NCBI GenBank assembly: GCA_016840465.1 | Contig: JAEOSH010000003.1 | Span: 60,001 to 92,000 of the forward strand | Direction of reading: 5' to 3' | Source: Candidatus Baldrarchaeum yapensis | GTDB taxonomy: Archaea; Asgardarchaeota; Baldrarchaeia; Baldrarchaeales; Baldrarchaeaceae | DNA length: 32,000 nucleotides | Part shown: positions 17,125 to 25,076 of the stretch, piece by piece | Position numbering within the stretch: the stretch's first letter is position 1 | How the letters are laid out: every line of letters starts with the position of its first letter | Made by a program: the position numbers and the translations under genes | The notes under the pieces: generated by a model | Told to the model about the DNA's origin: nothing | Databases searched by the model: none | What the model saw: the letters and a program-made list of their open reading frames with translations, nothing else

Positions 17125-17481
17125 ATGAGATTACCCGCAAGGTTCTCACCCGAATTGCTGAGGCATGTGCCGCGCAAGCCGGCAACAGTAATGTATCCGT
17201 TTGTCCCCGTGGAAGCACCGGAGGGCTTCAGGGGAAAACATGAATTTGATATAGAGAAGTGCGTTGGATGCGGCCTGTGCGCAAGGGATTGCCCCTCAGG
17301 AGCAATAGAAATGGTTCCCGATGAGAGAACAAAGGGCAAAAAGCGTCCTGTGATCCACTTGGACAGATGCCTCTTCTGTGCCCAGTGCGAGGAGTCATGC
17401 CCAAGAGGGGCGATAAAGCTAACAAAAGTGTACGAAATGGCGGGCTACAAGAGGGAAGAAATGGTAGTCACCGCCCCCTGA
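17125..17481 (+). CDS. NuoI/MbhN-like 2x[4Fe-4S] subunit
   Basis: PATVMYP, FRGK, CVGCGLCARDCP and CLFCAQCEESCP. Confidence 0.93.
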   Translation: MRLPARFSPELLRHVPRKPATVMYPFVPVEAPEGFRGKHEFDIEKCVGCGLCARDCPSGAIEMVPDERTKGKKRPVIHLDRCLFCAQCEESCPRGAIKLTKVYEMAGYKREEMVVTAP

Positions 17482-17503
17482 TGCTTTTCCTCAAATATTA
17501 TCC

Positions 17504-17518
17504 ATTTTCTTATTTTTA
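17504..17518 (+). terminator. Oligo-T terminator candidate after the hydrogenase operon
   Basis: ttttcttattttt about 25 nt after the nuoI-like stop. Confidence 0.45.
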
Positions 17519-17623
17519 TCCTAAGACTGACATATTCTTCCCTCCTCGAAGGCCTAATGGTTAGATTTATTCACATTACGGTCAGGATTTTTCCAGTATC
17601 CACACCCCCCGCGGACAGAGAGA

Positions 17624-18646
17624 GTGCTCCACATGTGTAAAAAGGAGAGTTTGTACAGGCTTGCAAAGGAAATAAAGGAATTCGTTGGAGTTTCTAGAAA
17701 GAGGCCAATCATAAGAGTGACTTCCGCATTAACCGATACCCTAGAATTTTCCGATGCAAAGATTATAAGAAGCTTCGGGGAGGATGCAGCAATACTCGAC
17801 ATAGGTAATGGAAGACTCCTCTTATTTGCGGCAGACGGAATATGGTATAAGTTGGTATCAGCGGACCCATTCTTTGCTGGATATTGCGCGGTATTGGTTA
17901 ACGTGAATGATATTGTGTGTAAAGGCGGGGATCCTTTAGCGCTGGTCGATATACTCGGCGTTCCGAAGGAGTGCGATATCGATAAAGTTGTGAGGGGAAT
18001 AATACGGGGATGCAAGAAGTTTGGTGTTTCCTGCGTAGGAGGGCATTTGCACCCGGATCATCCGATCCCCGAAATCTCCGCCGCAATCATAGGAGTTGCG
18101 GAATATAATAAGGTGATATTCAGCGATCTTGCAAGACCCGGTGACCTAATAATCATAGGGATAGATCTGGACGGGAAGTTTCATGAAAAGTTCAAATTGG
18201 CGTGGGACACAACATCGCACAAGTCTCCTAAGCAGATCAGAGATATGTTCCAAGCAATGTATATAATAGCGGACGAGGGACTAGCAACCGCAAGCAAGGA
18301 TATAAGCAATCCTGGAGTCCTCGGATCTCTCGGGATGTTGCTCGAAGCAAGCCAAGTTGGCGGATACGTGTATCCTGATAAGATACCTATTCCGGAAAAC
18401 GTGTCAATATATACATGGGTCAAGACGTACCCCGGATTTGGGGTTGTGCTCACATCACCCGAGGATCTTGCAAATAAATGTGTGAAAATACTGGAAGACC
18501 ATGGAATATCAGCATCCATAGTCGGAAAGGTGATCTCTGATCCTCTTCTTCTCCTAAAAAGCGATAATGAAATGGCTGAGGTCTTTAACTTCTCAAGAGA
18601 CAAAATTTCGGGGAGACCTAACAGAGGGCAATTAAAACAAATTTAA
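17624..18646 (+). CDS. AIR-synthase/PurM-fold protein, methanogenesis marker 2-like
   Basis: FGEDAA, LLFAADGIW..L..ADP..AGYCAVLVNVNDI, VGGHLHPD, IDLDG, WDTTS, KDISNPG.LG.LGMLLE and YPGFG. The start may be the TTG at 17651 after AAGGAG. Confidence 0.8.
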   Translation: MLHMCKKESLYRLAKEIKEFVGVSRKRPIIRVTSALTDTLEFSDAKIIRSFGEDAAILDIGNGRLLLFAADGIWYKLVSADPFFAGYCAVLVNVNDIVCKGGDPLALVDILGVPKECDIDKVVRGIIRGCKKFGVSCVGGHLHPDHPIPEISAAIIGVAEYNKVIFSDLARPGDLIIIGIDLDGKFHEKFKLAWDTTSHKSPKQIRDMFQAMYIIADEGLATASKDISNPGVLGSLGMLLEASQVGGYVYPDKIPIPENVSIYTWVKTYPGFGVVLTSPEDLANKCVKILEDHGISASIVGKVISDPLLLLKSDNEMAEVFNFSRDKISGRPNRGQLKQI

Positions 18647-18654
18647 ATTTAAAA
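18642..18654 (+). promoter_or_regulatory. TATA box of the tRNA gene
   Basis: tttaaatttaaaa, with TTTAAA at 18648-18653 about 24-29 nt upstream of the mature tRNA 5' end. Confidence 0.6.
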
Positions 18655-18676
18655 TCATATAGATAAATTGGGCCGT

Positions 18677-18771
18677 GGGCCCGTGGCCTAGTCTGGATAG
18701 GGCGCCGGCCTCCGGTCAAATTGTTGGGAGAAAGCCGGAGGTCCCGGGTTCAAATCCCGGCGGGCCCGCCA
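18677..18771 (+). tRNA. tRNA-Arg(CCG) with a 17-nt intron at 37/38 (18716-18732) and encoded CCA
   Basis: Acceptor GGGCCCG/CGGGCCC, anticodon stem CCGGC/GCCGG, T arm CCGGG-TTCAAAT-CCCGG. Bulge-helix-bulge: CTCC pairs with intronic GGAG, with two 3-nt bulges and an intron hairpin CAA-attg-TTG. Confidence 0.96.
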
Positions 18772-18837
18772 CGCAATATAGAGCTCATCATCGGCCATTT
18801 AAATACTTGAACGAAGCTATGCAGATGAGGTACTTAT

Positions 18838-19674
18838 TTAAGGATATGCGAAGATCCACGTTCTAGTTCTAATAATTCTATAACCAAGTCTCCTGTAGAC
18901 CCTTATAGCGGGCTCGTTACCTACCTCTACGTGGAGGCCTGCAGGGATGCTCGAAGCCATCGCTTCCCTTGTCAACGCTGAGGTTACGGCCTTAGCAAAA
19001 CCCTTTCCTCTGTACTCTTTCCTCGTGAATACACCACCTATTACATGGATTTGTGGAAGGGTTATGTATCTCGCAGCTATAGAGGCAAGAGCATTATCGA
19101 TTATTACACCATAATGGGTGTACTCTCTAATGATTTCTCTGGCCTCATCCACGCTCATCTCTGTCCCCCTTTCCAACTCCAAGTCCCTATATAGGAGTGC
19201 ATGCTCCTCCTTCAGCCTCACAGCCATCCTTTCAAGGGGACTAGGCCTGAAATTTTCTGGATCACAGATCATATCATGGAACTCCTCGACATTAAACCTT
19301 TTAAAACCGAGACTTCTAAAGTGATCGGTAATCATTTCTATATCGCTAGAAGTGCTATTATATAGCTGTATATCCGCCATCTTACTTGGAGAGATCTTGA
19401 TTTCCAATATTATGTCGCTAGTAGGATTCCATATGTGGATCTCGTAAATATCTTGAATAGTGAACCTACCACCATGCCATATGAGGGCATAGGACTTGAT
19501 GTCGTCATGCGAAGCAAGCAATAATACCTCGGTTTTATCAGGCTCACGCGTGAGGTAGTAGGTGGCGTAGCAGTGTGCTGATAAGGGGTCACTCCTACAG
19601 AGATCGCTTAGTGCGTTCATCAATCGATTTTGGGCAGAAAGTTGCAAGCCTTTAAATCTAAGTACGGTATTCAT
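18838..19674 (-). CDS. GNAT-family acetyltransferase (C-terminal GNAT domain, N-terminal accessory region)
   Basis: IGGVFTRKEYRGKGFAKAV (motif A) and NEPAIRVYRRLGY (motif B). Confidence 0.88.
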   Translation of the reverse strand: MNTVLRFKGLQLSAQNRLMNALSDLCRSDPLSAHCYATYYLTREPDKTEVLLLASHDDIKSYALIWHGGRFTIQDIYEIHIWNPTSDIILEIKISPSKMADIQLYNSTSSDIEMITDHFRSLGFKRFNVEEFHDMICDPENFRPSPLERMAVRLKEEHALLYRDLELERGTEMSVDEAREIIREYTHYGVIIDNALASIAARYITLPQIHVIGGVFTRKEYRGKGFAKAVTSALTREAMASSIPAGLHVEVGNEPAIRVYRRLGYRIIRTRTWIFAYP

Positions 19675-20180
19675 ACCGATTCACTTCCGCCAGTCTGCCT
19701 GGTCCTGCTTGCTGATGCGCTCCTAACAATTTGTAAAGCAAATCTTCGTCTTTTTACATTTTCTGCTTATTCTGCTTATTATTTTAGCAATCTTCACAAA
19801 TAACTGAATTGCCTAAAGAACTTCTCATAATATTCGATGAAACTTAGTACCTCTAAACTACTTACCAGTGTATGGACTCTTTACGGGGAGTACTGGCTTT
19901 GTATGTCAAGTCGAACCCTAATAACTTCAGTAACCATTCTCCTATCAGCTATAAGGCGTGCACTGCACATCCATTGTAGTTCATTTATAGCGGATAGGAT
20001 GGCCATAGAAAATAGTGCGTTGAGAACAAGCGTCATACGCCAAATAGGTCTCTAAAATGTTTATTTTTAGTTTCGGGTTTCTAAGCTGGAAGTCCTAGGT
20101 TTAAATTCCAACAAGCTCACCGATTTGTTTAGGGAGTTTAAATAAAAGGAAAATATGAAATTTGCACTGCTAGAAAGATA

Positions 20181-21119
20181 TTAAATTTTCACCCAGATTT
20201 CTTTAATCTTTTCGAGCAGAGGTTGCGTACTTATTGCGTGTAGATGTAAGCATAACTGGGTACGAGGATTTAATCCCAAAACTAGTCCTATTAACTGGCT
20301 GAGGTGGAGAACGGGTATTTGAAAATCTATCTTCCCACTTTTGTACAGATCTCTTTGGCAAATATCAAGCCTGTACATACACGCAGGGCACCACACGACT
20401 ATCATATCTGCACCGACTCTATGGATACTTTCTAACTTCCTTATGCATATATTTTCCGATAACTCGTAATGGACTCGTGACTGTATGCCGGATCCCCCGC
20501 AACACAAGTTTTTCTCCGAGTAATCCACGACCTCGGCCCCTAAATCGCTTAATAACTCGTCTACAAATCTTGGGTTCTTGTGGTCATCGAATTTCCTGAA
20601 CATCAACTCGCGACGATAATGACATCCATAATGCACTGCAACTCTCAGCCCTTCTAGCGAGAATCTCATCCGACGCAGAATTTCATCCTTAAATGCATAA
20701 AACATCTCAGGTACATGGAAGATGTCAACATCTAAGTCGTTTACATCATCGGGAGTCCGACCAATTATCTCAGCTATCCTCCGAGCCAGATCCTCGTTAT
20801 TACTTAGTTCTCGAAGAGCATGATTAAACGCAGTGTAGCATGCGTTACAAACAACAAGTACTGCCTTGCAAGCGAGACTCTTTGCTAGGAGCATATTTCG
20901 GGCGCAGAGGGAAACCATGACTTCGGGTGGCGACATATTCCAAAAGAATGTGGGAAAGCCGCAACATGTCTGGTCATCTGACATCAGGAAGGGTATGTCG
21001 AGAAACTTGAGCACAAAGTACGTGGCCACCTCTATCCCAGGATGGGCCTGCACGCAAGGCCGGAAGAGGAAGAAGGGCACCGTCTCTCTAATAATGCTGA
21101 AGTCCCTATCATTAGACAT
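20181..21119 (-). CDS. hdrB: Divergent heterodisulfide reductase subunit B paralog
   Basis: RPC..AHPGIE, CCGFP, CNACY, HYGCHY, CCGGSG and CPACMYRLD: all ten CCG cysteines are present. Confidence 0.88.
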   Translation of the reverse strand: MSNDRDFSIIRETVPFFLFRPCVQAHPGIEVATYFVLKFLDIPFLMSDDQTCCGFPTFFWNMSPPEVMVSLCARNMLLAKSLACKAVLVVCNACYTAFNHALRELSNNEDLARRIAEIIGRTPDDVNDLDVDIFHVPEMFYAFKDEILRRMRFSLEGLRVAVHYGCHYRRELMFRKFDDHKNPRFVDELLSDLGAEVVDYSEKNLCCGGSGIQSRVHYELSENICIRKLESIHRVGADMIVVWCPACMYRLDICQRDLYKSGKIDFQIPVLHLSQLIGLVLGLNPRTQLCLHLHAISTQPLLEKIKEIWVKI

Positions 21120-21645
21120 TTCTACTCACCTTTTTCATGTATTCTAAGGCTTCTGACTTCTCAAATATGCGCTTAACGTCTCTAAGCGCATCTTCTGAAA
21201 CAGACCTTGGTGGTATACCGACCTCCCTCTGGAGATTTATCAGATTATCTGTTAGCGGAACAGAAAGCCCCGTTTCCATGATGTTTTCCGCGAATTTTAT
21301 TATCTTGCTCATCTTTAATAGCGTGTTTATGTCCTGTAAGAGCACGCCAGCGTATCTGAGATTTATTATGAACAACGCCGGGTTTATCGACCGCGGGCAC
21401 TTCATCGCGCATTCAAAACACAGCAGGCAGTCCCAAATGTTCTCACGTTCAAATATATCACCTAATGAGCATAAAAGGAAACGCCCGACGATCCTTCGGA
21501 TATTAAAGTTGGAAAAGCGTGCCGCTGGGCAATCGCCGACGCACATCCCACACTGGTAGCAGGTTTCTATATTGCCCGCTCTTTTTCTCAAGTCCTCCTT
21601 TATTGCCCGTTCCACGGATTCGGGGATCGTCTGCGATCCTCTCAA
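21112..21645 (-). CDS. hdrC: Divergent heterodisulfide reductase subunit C paralog
   Basis: CYQCGMCVGDCP and WDCLLCFECAMKCP. TTG start; overlaps the hdrB paralog by 8 nt. Confidence 0.87.
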   Translation of the reverse strand: MRGSQTIPESVERAIKEDLRKRAGNIETCYQCGMCVGDCPAARFSNFNIRRIVGRFLLCSLGDIFERENIWDCLLCFECAMKCPRSINPALFIINLRYAGVLLQDINTLLKMSKIIKFAENIMETGLSVPLTDNLINLQREVGIPPRSVSEDALRDVKRIFEKSEALEYMKKVSRNV

Positions 21646-21825
21646 TACACTTCACACCTTAAGGGGGCGTCGTGATATAGTTACATAACGCAATTTAAAT
21701 AATATGGCATGATTGAAAGTATGCTTAGCGGAATATGAGGCGATTTGCGTGATTACTCTCGCATGTACAAAGTTTTTCGTAGGATCTCCAAGAATTTGTG
21801 AGAGAAGATTATAGGAGGTGTCCAT

Positions 21826-22221
21826 TTGTCAATTTTCAAATACTTAAAGCCAAAAATCACGTATAGGGTCATTATAGCTAGAATGCGTCCGAAAGAGGAA
21901 CGTTCCGAGTACGATAGACTCTCAAATGGATATATGGAAATTGCCGCAGTTGCATATTTTAATCCGAGTGATTACGACTCCCTGATAGGTAAGGAGGGTG
22001 GTAATGTTAAGGTGAAGGGCAGGGGAGGGGAGGTAGTACTTAAACCGCTAAAGGACGAAAGAGTTCCCAAGAACACAATAATCATACCGCCGGGACCTTG
22101 GGCTAATGCGTTGATCGATGAGAGTGGCCATGGCGGCATTCCTCATTTTAAGTCCTTAAATGTCGAAGTGATGGTTGTCAAAGAGCCCGTTACCAAGGTA
22201 GAAGAGATTTTAAAAAGGTGA
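21826..22221 (+). CDS. fwdD: FwdD-like molybdopterin-dinucleotide-binding subunit (divergent)
   Basis: FNPSDY...G.NVKV....GEVV, IIIPPGPWANALI and GIPHFK. TTG start after a GGAGGTG SD. Confidence 0.8.
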   Translation: MSIFKYLKPKITYRVIIARMRPKEERSEYDRLSNGYMEIAAVAYFNPSDYDSLIGKEGGNVKVKGRGGEVVLKPLKDERVPKNTIIIPPGPWANALIDESGHGGIPHFKSLNVEVMVVKEPVTKVEEILKR

Positions 22222-22225
22222 TGAT

Positions 22226-23776
22226 ATGTCATCTGGAGCGCCTGAAAAGCTTATTATAAAAGGCGGCGTGGTCGTGGATCCGATTAATGAAATTCGAGGA
22301 GATAAACTCGATATTTTCGTTTCTAATGGAAAGATTTGTGAAGAATTCGATGAAAAGAATGCAAAGATAATAGATGCGGCTGGAAACATCGTTGTTGCCG
22401 GGGCCATCGACCCTCATGCTCATCTCATCACAACAGGATCATTTCTGAGATACTTGGTTCCTGTAGCCCGCAAAGCACCAACTTATGAAATAATAAGAGA
22501 GTATGTGAGGCTGGGATGGACGACGATATCGCTGGTCGGTCCCTCGATTCCCGAAGTACTGCATGTACACACGATCTTACGTAATATTGGTTTCATGGAT
22601 TACGCGATATTTCCCCGCATCGACAATGATCAGATGTTTCTTTCTCTTGTCAGAACGCTGGACATCGCCGGACTTGCGACCTATTTGAGCATCATCGCTA
22701 AGAACTTACAAACGCTCGGTTTTTACATGGTACCGCCTGGCATCCTAGAGGGACAGGTCGCAGGACAAGATATAAAATCCTTGAAAGAAAAAATCAGAGT
22801 GCTGGACATCTCTCCCCTCGAAGCAATTATGGCACTTTTCGATTCCATAAAGAGAATAGGGTCTTTTGTTCCGGTGCAAATAGAGGCGCCTGGACTGACA
22901 AATAGCCCCATCGAAGAATTAAAGGAGATAATTGACGTACTTGGTGATGCAAGTATATTTGTGCCTCATTTATCGTATCATCTTCTGGGAGAGGACATCA
23001 GCACTGAGGAATTGCTGAAGCTTTTCGAGGGTGGCAAAATCTTCGGGGACATCGGAGTGTGCGTAGATAGAAGTATTTCGGTAGCGCCCATAAAAAGGGT
23101 AGATGGATACAAGAATATACGGTGGTTTGCATCTTATGCTTGTGAAATGGAATCGTTTTCCCTCTATGGTCTTTTGGACGAAGAGTTTGCAGAGAAGCAG
23201 TCTTATGAAATTCTCAAAAACGCCTTAATGCTAGCAATTAAGGGAGGTAGGAAGGATAATTTGTCAATTTCAGGAGATATTCCACTATGCTCAGAACCTA
23301 AAGACCTTGCGATATTTATGTGTTCAATTCTTAGTAAGGAGTGCAGAAAGGAGGTTATAGGTCGGCATGCCACAGATGACCTGTCAGCATTACCGGATGT
23401 CAATCTTATAGACGTCATACAAATGACCAGGGCGTCTCCTGCTAAAGCTTTAGGAATCGTAGAGAAAAAGGGACATTTAGGAATCGGCGCAGATGCAGAT
23501 ATCGTAATCTATGACTTTGACATAGAGAGGCAGGACCCGTCGAGAGACTGGAAGGCATTCATGAAAGCGCTCCTGAAGCCGAAATATGTCATAAAGAGTG
23601 GTCAAGTAGTAGTGGTGGACGGCGAAATTACGAGTTCCGCCAATTCTTCTCCCATAATTGGCCGGGCAAAAGATATCGACCAAAAAGAGTTCGAAGAATT
23701 TATTAACAGAGTGAGGAGAACCACAGGCCTTTACTACTCTTGCGTCGTTGAGAATAGATACAGAAGTGTCATGTGA
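22226..23776 (+). CDS. fwdA: FwdA-like amidohydrolase-fold subunit with an altered metal site
   Basis: IIKGG.VVDP.N, IDPHAH, GWTT, MTRASPAKALG..KGHLGIGADADIVIYD and YVIKSGQVVVVDGEI. Colinear with FwdA but divergent in the middle. Confidence 0.8.
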   Translation: MSSGAPEKLIIKGGVVVDPINEIRGDKLDIFVSNGKICEEFDEKNAKIIDAAGNIVVAGAIDPHAHLITTGSFLRYLVPVARKAPTYEIIREYVRLGWTTISLVGPSIPEVLHVHTILRNIGFMDYAIFPRIDNDQMFLSLVRTLDIAGLATYLSIIAKNLQTLGFYMVPPGILEGQVAGQDIKSLKEKIRVLDISPLEAIMALFDSIKRIGSFVPVQIEAPGLTNSPIEELKEIIDVLGDASIFVPHLSYHLLGEDISTEELLKLFEGGKIFGDIGVCVDRSISVAPIKRVDGYKNIRWFASYACEMESFSLYGLLDEEFAEKQSYEILKNALMLAIKGGRKDNLSISGDIPLCSEPKDLAIFMCSILSKECRKEVIGRHATDDLSALPDVNLIDVIQMTRASPAKALGIVEKKGHLGIGADADIVIYDFDIERQDPSRDWKAFMKALLKPKYVIKSGQVVVVDGEITSSANSSPIIGRAKDIDQKEFEEFINRVRRTTGLYYSCVVENRYRSVM

Positions 23777-25076
23777 GTTTTTTGAATTTCCCCCGCTCTA
23801 TAAGTCTTCTTATTCCTATTTTCGATATCTCGTCCTCTAGACGCTTTAACCTCTGTTGTAACTCGTCTTTGACATCTTCAGGTACACTTGGAACTTCTCG
23901 TAACTCTTCCGCTGGAATTCTCTCCTCAATTTCAATTTTCGCATACCGCTGATGCTTTGGTGTTTCACGATTGATAGTTGCATCTATTATTGCTCTTTTC
24001 CTAGACCCTGCCCACAGAGATGGAACCTCCGGATCAATAATGTTCACCGATGTTATCTCGACTTTAATTATATTTTCCGGGCATGCTCTCTCACAAGACC
24101 CGCAGAATATGCATAGACTCTCATTAACGGCTATCTTGCCTTCCCTTTCTGGGTCCTTTGGAATATACCAGCAATTTACGGGACATATGTTTATACAGGC
24201 CTTACAACCAAGCGGATCGCACTTCTCTATATGGAAAAGCTTTATCTTTCCCTCGAAGCGCTTTTTTACCTCAATGGCGTTTCTGGGACAAGTATTGGTA
24301 CACCATCCGCAGTAAATGCAGTTTTCCTCGTTTATAACCACGTCTCCCGTGATGCGTGGTATTTCTATTTCTCTTTCAACTGGTGTTATGCACTTCACCT
24401 CTATTGCCTCATCAGGACAAATCTCTGCACAGAGGCCACAAAAATCACATTTCTCCAAGTTCACACTTATTGAGGAGGCAAAAGTGAGATCTGAGGGATC
24501 CGGCTTTTTCCACTCAATTACTATTGCATCGCACAATTCTGCACAAATACCACAAAATGTGCACTTTTCTTCGTTTATTTTTATTTCACCTTCGATTTTT
24601 TCGGGCATCTTCTTATATCTTACCAGATCTTCCTTCTTTTTAAGTTGAATTCTGACCTCTATACACCTCGTTGGGCAAATAGTCTCGCAAATCCTACAAG
24701 GAATGCACTTCTCTTTATCAATTCTTATACTTCCTACAATCCTCGGATACTCTTTCAGTGTCTCGATTCTCTGACCATTTATTTCGAAAATTATCGCATT
24801 GATAGGACAGATTTCGGCACAAAGACCGCAAAACTGACATTTATCTTGATCAAAGGTTATTTTCGCAAATTTTCCATCCATTTTCCCTGTAGCTATCTGG
24901 GGTATCGGTCCAAGAGAAATAGCACCCGTTGGGCATACCTCTACACATAATCCACATCCGACACACGTGTCCGTATTGTAAATTAGCCTTTTCTTATAAT
25001 TACGCCCAATCCACGTAACTATCATTTCGTTCTCCGTGAAGTCCAATAATATTTGGGGAGAAAACTCATCCGGCAC
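23769..25076 (-). CDS. fwdF: FwdF-like polyferredoxin (8 x [4Fe-4S] motifs)
   Basis: Eight CxxCxxCxxxC motifs, one with the FwdF-typical CDPLGCKAC insertion. The GTG start overlaps the hdrA 3' end. Confidence 0.88.
   Translation of the reverse strand: MPDEFSPQILLDFTENEMIVTWIGRNYKKRLIYNTDTCVGCGLCVEVCPTGAISLGPIPQIATGKMDGKFAKITFDQDKCQFCGLCAEICPINAIIFEINGQRIETLKEYPRIVGSIRIDKEKCIPCRICETICPTRCIEVRIQLKKKEDLVRYKKMPEKIEGEIKINEEKCTFCGICAELCDAIVIEWKKPDPSDLTFASSISVNLEKCDFCGLCAEICPDEAIEVKCITPVEREIEIPRITGDVVINEENCIYCGWCTNTCPRNAIEVKKRFEGKIKLFHIEKCDPLGCKACINICPVNCWYIPKDPEREGKIAVNESLCIFCGSCERACPENIIKVEITSVNIIDPEVPSLWAGSRKRAIIDATINRETPKHQRYAKIEIEERIPAEELREVPSVPEDVKDELQQRLKRLEDEISKIGIRRLIERGKFKKLT

Noticed and set aside
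17554-18603. Minus-strand ORFs 17554-18015 and 18181-18603
   Set aside because: Shadows of the marker-2-like gene with no motifs. The same applies to the other short ORFs nested in assigned genes.
18677-20180. Integrated mobile element at tRNA-Arg
   Set aside because: No integrase or transposase and no duplicated tRNA 3' end was seen in the window.
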